Shown: positions 36,260 to 48,964, counted from the first letter of the stretch. The stretch is DNA of 64,000 nt from Curvularia clavata (GCA_023920165.1 CP089277.1:1426001-1490000); one strand, 5' to 3'. Translations and numbers: made by a program. Notes: generated by a model from the sequence alone, not told the origin.

Positions 36260-37742
36260 TTACCGCTGGCGGCTGGGCGCAGCCACAAAACTTTCAGCAG
36301 ATGCTGCCCGATCTGGTGTTCGTAGACCCCGGTGCTTCCATACAGACGAAAGCATACCCATCAACGAGAAACCTGTGCGATTTCGACCTGCGCCTTTTCC
36401 TGGTGATGGTGTGTCCAACTTTTCTCTGACGAGTTGCATGGGACTCGGAGTACACACAATCCATTCATTCATGGGATTCACCGGATGAGGGGCGTAAGCG
36501 GTAGGTGACAGAGGGCTCTCCTTGCGTGGAGGGCTAGGGAGCGGTCGCACTGTCGGTTCTGTAGGCCCCAACTTGATCGAAGGCGGGATGGATAGACGAT
36601 GTGACCTTGGCGGCGCAGACTCAAAGTTATCTTCTTGCAACGCCTGCTCATCGAACAATTCAGTGAACCGTCCACCGGATATTTCTGCCTTGACTTTGGG
36701 TGCACTGGGCGAAACTTGTACTCGAGGCTGCGACTTTGACCTTTTGACAAAATACACCCTTCGTACCTTCGCTGATATGCGTCGCATTGGACGGAAAGTT
36801 ATTGTGGATCGCTCTCTCTTGCTGACTGCAATTGAAATCTTCGACCCAGTGCTACCTCTTTTGAAGTTCCTGGAACCATTCTGCAATCGGCTGTAGACGG
36901 GAGTGCAGCGATCTCGCTCTGCAACTAGGCTACTCGTGCTTTCGTCATGTGGTTCTACGGCAGGGAAGTCATCCTCTTCTTCAACACTGTTGAAGGTTGG
37001 GCGAAGCACCCAAGGTCTCGCAGCTGGTCTTGAGTGCAGTAATAGTACCGGAACGTCGCGAAAGGCTGGTCGACAGGGTCGATGAGTGCAAATCTGAAGA
37101 AGCGTTTTGGGTGTTCTCGACCAGCCAGTCCGGCAGCGACGAGGCTGCGGCGATTAGCATTGCTTCGTTCCAATGTCAACTCCCCACTTACCTGATACCT
37201 GTATCTTGCTTCGCATGCTGTGTATCCCCATACTCCTCTACCTCCCGTAGAACTCGTTTTCTTGTTCCTGCGCGATGCACTCGTATCTCAACGCAGGCAT
37301 TCTTGTCGAACACGTCTCCATTATATCGCCAATTGTTCTTCTGTCCATCCGGAGGCACGAAATAAAACATGCGCTTCTCAATTCTCCTCTTGCCTCGCAT
37401 ATCTTGGGGGCTCTCAAACAGTCCAAACATGGTCGTGCCTTTCCAGCCTTCGGCTTTCCCAGTCGACCCGTTCACGATGTGGACGCCGTCAATGTAGAGC
37501 TTGAAGAGAAAATACTGCTCATCAGGAATCGGCGAACGCACACGATATTTTATCCAGAATGGATCTCCAGGTATGGCGGGTACAAATACGCTGCATGTTG
37601 ATGTCCGGCGGTCGAGCAGCTCGGGCATGAAGCCAGTGGTGTAGGAGGCAGTGCGATCATCTCTGGGAATGGGATGATATTCCGGAAGCGCCTCGAAATT
37701 GGGCTGTGAATGGAGCGCAATATCTATGCTGCGGTAGTGCAT
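36260..37742 (-). CDS. Uncharacterised fungal protein with intron 37145-37191 and an apparent frameshift near 37010
   Basis: Globular N-domain (FWIKY, FLFKLYIDG, EIRVHRA, PFATFRYYY) ends at TAG 36955. An overlapping 249-codon ORF in another frame continues as a disordered tail. Confidence 0.65.
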
Positions 37743-38082
37743 TGTGGCAGCCGTTCCTGCGCAGAGTTGAGTAAAGCAGGCAATAGTAGGATTGTAGAAT
37801 GCCAGCAGCTACAGCTGTCTACTGAAGGCGAAGCACGTGGAATAAATACTAGCGCGGTTCGTGTCGATGAAGAGCAAACAAACAGGCGCCAGTGGGCGTT
37901 TGCCCTTCCGGTGGCGTTTGCAATACTTATTTTCCCCTCAAACAACCATCAGACGTTGCAGTCACAACTCGCCTAGAGGCCAATGGTCAACAAGGAACTT
38001 CTAGAATAGTCAAGTTTTCTATCTCTAGATGTAAGCACAGAGATTTGTGTGATACTAGAATCTATCGATTGTCGTTCATAAG

Positions 38083-39196
38083 CTACTTTTTATCTTCACC
38101 TGTACCACCGTTCTTCTCTAGATAGTCTTTGATGCTGAACATGCCCGTACCCCTTTCGAGGGGCTTCGCTTGGTCTGGACTATGCTTCCAGCCAATCATA
38201 TATATGAGCCTAAAGGTAGCAGGCAGCGTGCCATCTTCATTACCATGAAGGGCCTTGTATATGCCTTCGGCGGCGAGTAGCACATCCCGATGGATGGCTC
38301 CCTTCTCTCGCGCCAATACAGCATTCGACTCGCCCATAGCTTGCAGATCCTTCATCAACGAGAAAGTGTCGGGGAAGTCTACGACGATATCGTCGACGTC
38401 TACAGTAAGAAGATTGAAGCCAGCCTTTTGCAACAGCCCGCCGACATCTTTTACATCCGCCAATGGCGAAGTGTGGGTTGAGACGCCACCTCTTCGATCA
38501 AGCTCTGCCAGTTGAAGCGACGTCCGGAGCTCATACAAACTGTCACCACCCATCATGACGCCAATAAAAGGACAGTCAGGCTTCAGTATGTTGTTGACCT
38601 GAGCTAGGACTGAGGGCAAGTCGTTAATCCAATGAAGACTCAGGCTGCTCAGAACAGCATCGAAAGTGTTGGCTTCGTAAGGCAATAGCTCAGAGGTTGG
38701 GAGGACCTCTCTGACAACGTCAATCTCCTTGTTGAAGGGCAAGTCTGCATCTCGGTAGAGCAGAGATCGAGACGTGTCTGCCGCTGTGATAGTGCCAATG
38801 CGCTTGGACCGCGGGCCTTTTTCTGGTGCGTCCTCGGACGGTAATGTAAAAGCTCTAGCAAGGTTGCATGAGTTTGCGCCGAGATCGAGAACCTTGGGAA
38901 AATGTCGGTTTATGTCCTGCAAATGTTAGCCGTTGCCCAATCCTCAGAAAAAGAGATAATTTTACCAAAACTCGCTCACACAATCGCGAAGCAACCTCAT
39001 CTCTTAGGTAATCTACACTTCTGCTTGCTTCGACATCCTTTGCGGCTCTCTCTTTCTGCATCCATTTTTGCTGGCCACTGAATATTTCGAGTGTTGGTGC
39101 TCCCGGAGCCTGAACAGCATAGCGCCGCGTGCTTTGGAGGGGAAAGCATCGTCGCCTCAATGGCGGGATGAAGGCGCGTACAGAGAAGGTAGCCAT
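38083..39196 (-). CDS. NDUFAF5: Complex I assembly factor NDUFAF5 (SAM-methyltransferase fold); intron 38917-38965
   Basis: Presequence, DYLRDEVASRLCER, VLDLGA, SSLSLHWINDLP, GDSLYELRTSLQLAE..RRGG, DLQAMGE, PATF..IYMIGWK. Confidence 0.93.
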
Positions 39197-39477
39197 TTGC
39201 ACAGCAGATAGTGCAATTGGCTGAGTAGAACTCTGCGAGAGGTGGGGAAATGAAGAAGAAGCGTAGATGTAGAAAGCAATACGTCAAGATGCCTGGCGGT
39301 CGCAAGCTAACTGCTCCGCCGCCAATCGGCGTTTGGCTCCACCGAGCGCTGTACCTCCGCCCTCCAAAAGTTCACCTCCACACTCCGCACGCACGCACGA
39401 CTAGCCGGGCAAGAAGTTGGGGGAGAAACAGAAAACTAGTCGGTGCGGACATTCGAAATCTGCTCAGAGACACGACC

Positions 39478-41193
39478 ATGGCGCAAGCCTTTCCGTACAC
39501 ATATTACGCATGCGACTGCTTCGACAGCAACAACGTAACGGCTACAAAACAGACCTCGCACGTCCTCGCAGCCACCGATGACGAAGAAGAGACGCTCGAC
39601 CCGCGAAACCCACGATCCAACTTCGCCCTCTACCCGCTCGAACACCTCCTCTACTGCGAAGACTGCCTGCAGATACGATGTCCACGATGTGTAATCGAAG
39701 AGACGCTGAATTGGTACTGCCCAAACTGCCTATTTGAGGTCCCAAGCTCCGTAGTCAAAAGTGACGGGAACAGATGTACACGCAACTGCTTCAACTGCCC
39801 CGTCTGCATATCGCCCATGGTGGTCAATCTGCTCGAGAACCCCGATGTGGACCAGGGCGCAACGGACAGGCATATCTTGGCGTGCCCGTACTGCCATTGG
39901 AGTACGGTAGAGACGGGTATCGAGTTTGAGAAGCATACAGGCGTGTATTCACAAATTGCACGCATAGCGAATGGAGGCAAGCCTATACCGTCTACCAAGG
40001 AGCGGGATAAGGAGCGTGAGAGACGCAAGGAGCTGGAGGCCCAACGGCGAGACTCGAGGAATCCGCAGAACGCTCGCGCCTCAACTGTCGTATATGCGGG
40101 GGGATACGAACCGCCTTCGCGCGATGATCTATATGCGAATCTGGCTGCTTTCTACAAGGCTGAACTGGATGCTCAGACTCCTTCGAACCCGCTTGACATG
40201 AACTTCTCCTCGCCAACAGCATACTCTCGCATCATGAGCTTATACTCGACGTCTTCAAAGAAGTCAAAGCGCAACAAGCCTACGCCCATGAGAGAGGCTG
40301 GTTCAGAACTAGAGGGTTTAGTAGTTCACGATTCCGCAGCAGAAAACGCAGCCATTGAACGAATCAAGCGCGGCGGCTGGGGCAGTACCTTATCAGCAGC
40401 CCAAAAGCTCGCCCAGCTCGACCCTCATGTGCAATCTCAAGACGACCTTCGACCAATCCCAACGCTGCTCTGCACGAAACGCTCCAAGCGATGTCGATCC
40501 TGTCGACACATTCTCGCAAAGCCAGAATCAAAAATCACATCAACACGGTACAAAATCAAGCTATTGGCCTTGAATCACATTCCCCGGCTCAGTGTCCGCG
40601 CTCTCCCACCTAATCCACCCGTTCCACCTATACCAGGTGCTCCACCAGCTCCACCTCAACCGCCTTTCAACTACAATGCCCTTCGACCAGGTCTTCCAGC
40701 ACACTTCCTCCTTCACCTCAGCAACCCTCTCTTCGACCCCATACGTGTGACACTAGCCACATCCAGCACAACCCCAGGCAAAGTAGCCTCGCGCGTGACC
40801 ATTCTTTGTCCAGAGTTCGAGGTCGGCGCCAACACGGATGTGTGGGATGATGCGCTCTCGTCTTCGCCCGCACCCATGCCCCGCCGGTCGACCATCAATG
40901 CCGAAACGGGACAGATTGAAGCAGGCAAGGTCTGGGACAAGGGCCGTAACTGGACTAGTGTTGCTATCGAAGTGATTCCGGGCTTTCTGGATGACGTCGG
41001 GGGCGAGGACGAGGAGTTGGATCAAGACGACGATTTGCTTGAGATACCGATTTTTGTGCGGCTGGAGTTTGAGGCAGATGTTAATGCTGAGGAGAGGGGG
41101 TTGGGCGACTCGAGGGGGAACAAGGGTGAGAGGGAGAAGAGGGAAGAGGCGTTTTGGACTGTGGTTGGCGTGGGTAGGATTGCAAAGTCGTAG
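39478..41193 (+). CDS. DCTN4: Dynactin subunit 4 (p62)
   Basis: LLYCEDCLQIRCPRC, YCPNCLFEVPSS, RCTRNCFNCPVC, CPYCHW, KRSKRCRSCRHIL.KPE, LSNPLFDP. Start is ACCATGG at 39478. Confidence 0.93.
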   Translation: MAQAFPYTYYACDCFDSNNVTATKQTSHVLAATDDEEETLDPRNPRSNFALYPLEHLLYCEDCLQIRCPRCVIEETLNWYCPNCLFEVPSSVVKSDGNRCTRNCFNCPVCISPMVVNLLENPDVDQGATDRHILACPYCHWSTVETGIEFEKHTGVYSQIARIANGGKPIPSTKERDKERERRKELEAQRRDSRNPQNARASTVVYAGGYEPPSRDDLYANLAAFYKAELDAQTPSNPLDMNFSSPTAYSRIMSLYSTSSKKSKRNKPTPMREAGSELEGLVVHDSAAENAAIERIKRGGWGSTLSAAQKLAQLDPHVQSQDDLRPIPTLLCTKRSKRCRSCRHILAKPESKITSTRYKIKLLALNHIPRLSVRALPPNPPVPPIPGAPPAPPQPPFNYNALRPGLPAHFLLHLSNPLFDPIRVTLATSSTTPGKVASRVTILCPEFEVGANTDVWDDALSSSPAPMPRRSTINAETGQIEAGKVWDKGRNWTSVAIEVIPGFLDDVGGEDEELDQDDDLLEIPIFVRLEFEADVNAEERGLGDSRGNKGEREKREEAFWTVVGVGRIAKS

Positions 41194-41294
41194 ATTGGTG
41201 CTGCTTGTGGGACTGATAGCTGTGTTTTATGATACCCTCCCTCTTTTCTTCATATGCAAGTGCCTCAAGACCCCTTTTCTGGCCGTGACGTATT

Positions 41295-43280
41295 TCATGA
41301 TGATGAAGTCTCTGCGTCTTTCTTCTTCTTCCTTGTCACCATGCCATCCAATGTCCCTTGGCTTGCTTCCCGCTTATGCGCTACCTTCTTGCCCACTTTT
41401 TTACTTGTCGGTTTCGCTTGCTTCGTACGTGTTGGTTCGTCCGAGTGCTGGTTTTCCTCGTGGCCATCCGCCTCTTCAGCAGCATCATGGCCACCAGAAT
41501 CCTCATGCTTTATCATAGCTCCTGGAGGACCCTTTGTACCTTCCGTCGGCCCCTCAGCATCATCATCAAAGAGCTTGCGCCAGGTCCCGTCCAAGACTTG
41601 AGGCGAGTTGCCGTAGAGGTTGACCCGGTACGCTGTTTTCATGCCATTGATACATATGTCCCTCTGCGTGGCAAAATCAAACATTGGTTTGGGGTATGTC
41701 TTCATGCTGCCGTCTGCAACCTCGTCCTTACCATCGCCCTTGATCAAACACCCCCACTTCTTCTGGTCCGCGATAGGCGCCTTGTGCGGCTCGTAGATAT
41801 ACTTTTTGTCAAACTTTGCAAGTTCGGGTACATATCTGCGGACGAAGTTGCCTTCTTTGTCCCATTTCTGAGGAAAGGCTACGGGTGAATAGCACCTGTA
41901 AAACTGGGCAAAAAACGCTGCGCAAGATAGCCATTGCCAGTTGCCTATATTACATGCTGCTTCGTGGTCAATTAACCATTCTTCAAACACTTCTGCACCA
42001 CGCTCCCAGTCGATGTAGCATCCGCCTCTGGTTAGAAAACACGCTACGGCGTGGCGACCTAAGTGGTGAATCCAACCCTCCTGTGCCAGCTGCCTCATCA
42101 GCGCATCAATCCAGGGAAACCCTGTGCGGCCGTGTTTCCAGCGCTGGAAATGCGTCTCGGCCTGTGCGCTGTCGATGAGGTACTCACCGGTGATGAGGCC
42201 AGAAGAGACATCTATTTTCGAGGGAAGGTGCCAGGGAATGAAGCGACAGCGCGGGTTGTTGTAGGTCTGGCCAAATGAATATTTAAGAGCGGCTTGCGCG
42301 CCAAAATACATGTCGCGAAAGAGAAGTTGACCAGTTAGACTGGTAGGTGGCTGTGAAGCTTTTCCTTTGTATTTGTCGACTACATCCTGAGCGCGCCAGT
42401 AGAAGAGGCGGCAGCTCAAGGAGCCAAAGTGCATGTGTGGGGATAGAAGCGTGGTTGATTGTGGATCGAATGCAGTTGGGGCAGTGTTGGGCTTCTCAAA
42501 AGTTGCCGTATATTCTTCGTTTGCAATTATTTCATCAAGAGTTTGTAGAGCTACAGTTTCTCCGCCGCGGTGAGGTGTTGTTGCTGGTTTCAGACCAAGC
42601 TCCTCCATGGTGGGTACAGCGAAGTCGCCATTTGGTCCGGCTAGGGCGGTGTACGAGACCTCTTTGCCGTTTCTTTGAATCGAGTTAATGTCTGGATTTG
42701 CGTCTGGCTTCTCTTGGTCGAAGTCCAAATGCACTTCTCCGGGGTCAGGTAGTGACTTGGGCGCAGGGATGGGTCTAGGGACTGGACCAATCTTCTTTGC
42801 AGCCGCTTGTACCTGGCCGATGCTCATGGTTGGTTTTCCATGGTTGTTGCTGACGAGTTCATCCGCATCATATAGCGTCCTCCCGGTCTTGGTGATGACA
42901 TTGACACCCGCTTCCTTTGCAATCTCCATGACCTTTTCATCCCGCTCTCTTGCATAGGCATCGGTATCCTTTTCAAAAACCAAGTGCGTGATGTTCCATG
43001 CTTTGAAAAGCTTGGGGAACAAAGTTTGCGGTGCTTCACGGATAAGAAAAAGCTTCGACTTGGGGTTTAGTTTGGTAATAGATTTAGACAGGTCATTCTG
43101 ACAGTCAATGAGGTATTGCCAGCGATTGGGACCAACGCGAGCTCGGTAGACATAGTGGGGATCCCACGTCCATATTGGATAGAGACACTCGGGTTCAAGA
43201 TCCAGGGCTGCTTTCAGAGCTGGACTGTCATGAAGACGCAAGTCGGTCCGGAACCAATAAATCACGCGCGGCTTTGGCAT
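41295..43280 (-). CDS. (6-4) photolyase / animal-type cryptochrome family protein, intronless
   Basis: YWFRTDLRLHD, GGET, LSPHMHFGSLS, GRTGFPWIDA.MRQL..EGWIHHLGRHAVACFLTRG, NIGNWQWLS. An alternative upstream in-frame ATG lies at 43349. Confidence 0.93.
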   Translation of the reverse strand: MPKPRVIYWFRTDLRLHDSPALKAALDLEPECLYPIWTWDPHYVYRARVGPNRWQYLIDCQNDLSKSITKLNPKSKLFLIREAPQTLFPKLFKAWNITHLVFEKDTDAYARERDEKVMEIAKEAGVNVITKTGRTLYDADELVSNNHGKPTMSIGQVQAAAKKIGPVPRPIPAPKSLPDPGEVHLDFDQEKPDANPDINSIQRNGKEVSYTALAGPNGDFAVPTMEELGLKPATTPHRGGETVALQTLDEIIANEEYTATFEKPNTAPTAFDPQSTTLLSPHMHFGSLSCRLFYWRAQDVVDKYKGKASQPPTSLTGQLLFRDMYFGAQAALKYSFGQTYNNPRCRFIPWHLPSKIDVSSGLITGEYLIDSAQAETHFQRWKHGRTGFPWIDALMRQLAQEGWIHHLGRHAVACFLTRGGCYIDWERGAEVFEEWLIDHEAACNIGNWQWLSCAAFFAQFYRCYSPVAFPQKWDKEGNFVRRYVPELAKFDKKYIYEPHKAPIADQKKWGCLIKGDGKDEVADGSMKTYPKPMFDFATQRDICINGMKTAYRVNLYGNSPQVLDGTWRKLFDDDAEGPTEGTKGPPGAMIKHEDSGGHDAAEEADGHEENQHSDEPTRTKQAKPTSKKVGKKVAHKREASQGTLDGMVTRKKKKDAETSSS

Positions 43281-44441
43281 TTTGCTTGGGGGTGTTTTTT
43301 GAGCTAAGGCTGAGGAGGACAAAGGAGAAAAAGGATGAAGAAATGTCATATCACTCAAACTTCCTTTGAAGTTTCCTCGACTAGGGCCAGAGAGCGCATA
43401 GCTGAATGGATGCGGTCATCGATCGGGGCTAAGGCGCTCGCTAATCTTCGACTTTGTGAAACAAACCAATCGGCTTTATTGCACGCATGCCGGACGCGAT
43501 GTATAGGCAGGATCAAGCCAAAGAAATCGACTGTTCTGTCCCACGACGATAACAGTACATCTTGAGTTGAGTAACTCAGTGTTGAGGGGCTAGTAGAAGG
43601 GGTTCAGGGGAGGCAGGGTCTCAACGCTCCCTGAAGGAAACACATGCAAGGGACGCGCAGGGAAACCCATAGTCGAGTGCTGAGATAACAAGCTGGTGGA
43701 CAAAAGAAAAAAACAGGGTGAGGGCAAAGTTTGGTTTGGAAAGGCGAAGCGGTGAAAGTTTAGCCGCACGGGCTTTCCCCGAGCAGAGGGTAGCGGGGAA
43801 TGGAGAAGCGGGAGGTGGGAGATGGACCTGGGCTGACTGGCTGACTGGACTAGGCTTTCACTCGTTCATGTCTGGAAGAGGTGCATTAGCAGATGGGTTA
43901 GCTACTAGACGAGCAGCGCCAGAAGAGCCGGGTGACGGGTCGGAATGCACGATGATGAAAGCAACGGGTGGTGTGCGGCGCATAGTGCCGTCATGCAGGC
44001 GCAGGGCGGGCAAGTCGTCGGGATAGCTCCAGGGTAGGCAGTGGCCCGAGCTCCCCATGCCTGCCGTTGTCTGTTGTGGCATGCTATGCCAATCTCCCAA
44101 CAGATATCCTGCGCGCGCTTGGACGCCACAAACATGACTGCTTCAAGAATCGCTTGGGCGCTGCCATCAATTTTCAAACAGAGTTCAGCGCCTCTGCCAA
44201 ACACCTAAACGCTGACGTTGCCGTGTCGCTGTTGCTGCTGCTGCTGTCGTTGTTGTTGCACCGCGGATCAGTGTCGCGCATCGATATATTGCTGCGGGGA
44301 AACCAGCAGCCACGCCTTGCCTCAAAACTACCAAGTCCCTCTGACGTGGATACGGCTTACCACTGCACCGCCTGTAGCCCCTCCGTCGCCAGTGTCGCCT
44401 TCTTCATCCTTTTTCCCTCAATTTTTCAAGGCGCCCCGACG

Positions 44442-46715
44442 ATGGCGCAGCAATTGGAAGATGCGTACATTACGGTAGGCTTTCCTGCGCGCCCAGAACC
44501 CAATGCACGCGAGCTAACATGGCAAACAGCTTCTCATGAGCGACTCGTATCTCCCGGGTGCAGCTGTCCTCGCACATTCCCTACGTGATGCCGGGACCAC
44601 CAAGAAGCTTGCCGTGCTCGTTACCCTCGACACGCTGTCTGCCGACACCATTACTGAACTCAAGGCGCTGTACGACTATCTGATCCCAGTCGAGCGCATA
44701 CGGACTGCTAATGTCGCCAATCTCTACTTGATGGGACGTCCTGATCTCGCCTTCACTTTTACTAAGATCGCCCTGTGGAAACAGACTCAATTTCGCAAGC
44801 TCGTCTATCTCGATGCTGATGTTGTCGCTCTGCGTGCCCTCGACGAGCTCTTTGACATTGAGGCGTCTTTTGCCGCTGCTCCAGACATTGGCTGGCCAGA
44901 TGCCTTCAATAGCGGTGTCATGGTCATCAAGCCAGATATGGGTGAATATTGGGCTCTGCAGACCATGGCAGCCACTGGTGACAGCTTCGACGGCGCAGAC
45001 CAAGGCTTACTGAATCAGTACTTCGAACACCGTCCCTGGCAGCGCCTCAAGTTTACCTACAACTGCACCCCGAATGCCGAGTACCAATGGGAGCCCGCAT
45101 ACCGCTACTACAAGCGCGACATTGCGGCTGTTCACTTCATCGGCAAGAACAAACCTTGGTCAGGCCACCACGCTGGTGGCAGCGGCGTATACGGCGAGTT
45201 GGTGGCGCGATGGTGGGCAGTACACCAGAGGCATCTTCACACGGCCGGAACTGGACAACAAGATGGTGAGACACATGGCGCTTCCGGCGAAGCCATGAAC
45301 TCTTCCTCTTTTGTCCCTGCTCCTGCGGAAGCTTCTGCTGTCACAACCGAGCCACCCATGACGGACTCTCGAGCTGAGGTCCAAGATGTTGCACACGATG
45401 TTGACCAAAATGTTGTAGTAGAACCCCCGCCCCCCGTCCAAGAAAGTGTTTTCGTGCCGCCCGAGAACCCATGGGACGCAACCAAGTAGGCACCTGCACT
45501 TTGACTTGACCTCGCACATTGCGCTGACACGCTTAGGTTCGAGCCACCTTCCCAGTCGAAGCCCGAGGCAGCCAACTTCCCGACTCAAACGTACGCTTTT
45601 AGTGAAAGCCGTTCGCTTTTCCAGGCGCCCAAAGCCTACCCCGAGGCGCCCAAGGACATGTGGTACCAGGTACCAGAATCCAAACCAAAGCCAGCCCAAC
45701 AGCCCAAGCCCATCTTCCCATGGGAGCAAGCTGCCGACAGACCCAAGCCAACGCGTGTGTTTGCTGAGGATCTGTCGCCAGAACCCACTCCTACTGTCAG
45801 GTCACCAGTTCACGCCTTCTCGACTGTACACTATGAAGGCGACGACAATACCGGAGCTGGAGCCAAGAAGGATCCTTCACCTGAAAGGGCCGCAAACCAG
45901 CAGTGGCAGTCCTTCCAGCAGACCAGTGTCAATGCATGGGATAATGTTCCAGGTATCGATAGTTACGTCCGAGCCATATCCGATCTCAACGGACAGCGTG
46001 GTAGAAATGCATCTCTTCAAAAGTCGACGGGCACAGACGAAATCAGCTCGCCATTGCTGGATCGCAGGCAGCGCCGTGAAAGCCTTATCCTGACCGACTT
46101 CCCCTCTGCTGTCGAACGCCCAAGTCTTCCCGTAACACCAGCTCCTGTCAGACGACCCATGTTCTGGGGCGAGGAAAGGAATCGCGCCGGCGAACTGCCA
46201 TCCGCAACGGGTGTACCAGACCAGACCGAATGGGTATGTCGATTTTCTTCTTCTTCTTCTTCTTCTTCTTCTTCTTCCGCTTTGCTTGTATCCTAAGCTA
46301 TTTCAGCAACTACTGCAGTGAATAGAGCTAACTTTGATTTGCGAAGAACCCTGAAGAGAAATTGGACGAACTGCGACGCTCATCGCTCATCGAATTCGAG
46401 CACCTAAAAAAAGATGAACACCCTGATCCGCCCAAGCGTGCACTCCCAGAGCATTCAGTCGAGACTGGGGCCGAGTCAGCTGACGCATCTGAAGGTGCTG
46501 CAAAGGCACTGGCGCCTGACGACACAAAAGATTCGAACAAGACCCAGCCTCTGCCAGACATCTCCAGCAAAGACTTTGCGGCCAGCGGTGAGCTCTCAGG
46601 TGGTGAGCAGGTGCAGGCTGGAGCAACGACGTTTACCGTGCCGGTGTTTGACGATGACAGCCCCTCGGTCGAGGCTGAGGGAGCAATCCTAAGCCCAACA
46701 CAGACGAATGAATAG
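44442..46715 (+). CDS. Glycogenin (GT8) with long C-terminal extension; introns 44475-44529, 45486-45536, 46234-46346
   Basis: AYITLL.SDSYLPGA, FTKIALW, YLDAD, AAPDIGWPDAFNSG, SFDGADQGLLN, HFIGKNKPW. All introns are phase-consistent. Confidence 0.93.
46245..46277. repeat. (TTC)11 microsatellite in the third glycogenin intron
   Basis: Directly visible. Confidence 0.95.
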
Positions 46716-47484
46716 GATCATTCACGCTATGGACGAGCTTAATGAGAGAACTGGGAGCGGGGAGGTTTCGTGACTTTCATTTACCTGACGATGCGATCAT
46801 GCCATACTGCATATGTTCCCGCGCGCTGCATGGGCATCATTGCGGTTTTGTTCTTACCCTTGCTGGCGTTGCGTTTATCTGTCTGACATGGGCGAGCTTA
46901 CTGGAGCATTTGCGTCTGCATTTCGTAGCGGTTGATTTGCTTTACTTCTTCAGCATCAGCATCTGCATCTGCATTGCCGTTGTTATTGCTGTTATTACCA
47001 TACTTTTCTTCGGCTGCTTATTTCCCTTCTCAGACGTTTATAGATGACGTGAAAAGATAGCCGCTGGTAACGCCGTCTTAGCAGAACACGCTTGGACGCA
47101 GGGTTTGCGGAACATGCATGCTGCATGCACGCTCTGACAGTGGGTCCGCACTAATGAGCTTGACTTTGGCTGTGCCGTTTGGCGTGTCCTCTCCCATGGT
47201 CGTATGGCTCAGTTAGGTCACCAAAAATGCCCCGCTTGCCCCTCCCTCCTCACGCGCCTCGGTTTGCTGCCCTCACACAACCACCTGCCCGAATAATATC
47301 TGCACCAGCCCATAGACCGCGAATAAGCGCAAAAGTACCTCGCAGGCTTTTCTTCGGACTTCGACAGCCCTTCTGTTCTTCATCATCGCTTGGCCTTGTC
47401 GTAACACCTCGACGCCTTGCCCACTCTATCCCCAAACGCATACCCAACGCCGACTGGCCCTATCTGTATCACGGCTTCAACAAG

Positions 47485-48964
47485 ATGGCCCACCTCGACC
47501 CTTACTTTAAGCAAGTCGATGACTTGCAGGACACTTTCATTGAGAGGCTGAGGGAGGCTGTGGCCATTCCCAGTATCAGCTCTGAGGACCAGAGGAGGCC
47601 TGATGTTGTCAAGGTACGTTAGGTGTTGATGGAGCTAGGCAGCACGTCTGACCACAGCTCAGATGGGACACTGGTTGGCCGACCAGATCAAGGCGCTCGG
47701 AGGTACCGTCGAGCTCCGCGAGCTTGGAAAGCAGCCTGGCCGCGAGCATCTCGACCTACCCCCTTGCCTGCTCGGCCGCTACGGAAACGACCCCAAGAAG
47801 CTCAACGTTCTCGTCTACGGTCACTACGATGTACAGCCCGCCAACAAGTCGGACGGTTGGGCGACGGATCCTTTTACACTCAGCATTGATGAAAAGGGCC
47901 GTATGTTTGGACGTGGTAGCACCGACGACAAGGGCCCAGTGCTCGGATGGCTCAATGCAATCGAGGCCCACCAGAAGGCTGGCGTAGAACTGCCTGTCAA
48001 CCTGGTCATGTGCTTCGAGGGTATGGAGGAGAATGGTTCTGAAGGACTGGATGACACGATCCGCGCCGAGGCCAAGAAGTTCTTCAAGGATGTCGACGTA
48101 GTTTGCATTTCAGACAACTACTGGTTGGGCACTGAGAAGCCTTGCTTGACATACGGTGTCCGTGGCTGCAACTACTACCAGGTTGAGATCTCTGGTCCTG
48201 GCCAGGATCTCCACTCCGGTGTCTACGGCGGCATGACACACGAGCCCATGACCGACTTGGTGCGCATCATGAACTCGTTTGTCGACCCAGATGGCAAGAT
48301 CCTGATCAAGGGCATCGATGAGCTGGTTGCTCCGCTCACTGAGCAGGAGGCAGCCCTCTACCCACCAATTGCTTTCACCATGGACGGTCTGAAGGAGTCA
48401 CTAGGCGGTGCTGTGACCATACACGAGAAGAAGGAGGATGCGCTTATGCACAAGATGCGATACCCCTCATTGTCACTGCACGGAATTGAGGGTGCTTTCT
48501 ACTCTGAGGGTGCCAAGACTGTCATCCCAGCCAAGGTTATTGGAAAGTTCTCCATCAGGACAGTGCCCAACATGGAGATTGACCCAGTAACCAAGCTTGT
48601 CGAGAAGCACGTCAACGACGAGTTTGCCAAGTTGAAGTCGAAGAACAAGATGAAGTTCAGCGTTGTCCACTGCGGAAAGTGGTGGGTCGAGGACCCCAAC
48701 CACCCCAACTACACTGCTGCCGCAAAGGCTGTTGAGCGTGTGTTTGGCGTGAAGCCTGACATGACAAGGGAGGGTGGAAGTATTCCTGTCACGTTGACCT
48801 TCCAGGAGGAGCTTGGCAAGAATGTTCTGTTGCTGCCAATGGGCAGTTCCACAGACGCCGCTCACTCTATCAACGAGAAGCTTGACAAGAGGAACTACAT
48901 TGAGGGCACTAAGTTGTTGGGTGCGTACCTCCACTACGTTGCTGGAGAGATGAAGCGCGAGTAG
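47485..48964 (+). CDS. DUG1: Cys-Gly metallodipeptidase, M20A (Dug1/CNDP2); intron 47614-47662
   Basis: ERLREAVAIPSIS, YGHYDVQPA, GRGSTDDKGP, EGMEE, ISDNYW, DLHSG, REGGSIP, AHSINEK. Confidence 0.95.

Noticed and set aside
39250..39477. 76-aa N-terminal extension of dynactin p62
   Set aside because: It runs across the shared promoter almost to the NDUFAF5 start. The recognisable protein starts at the strong-context ATG at 39478.
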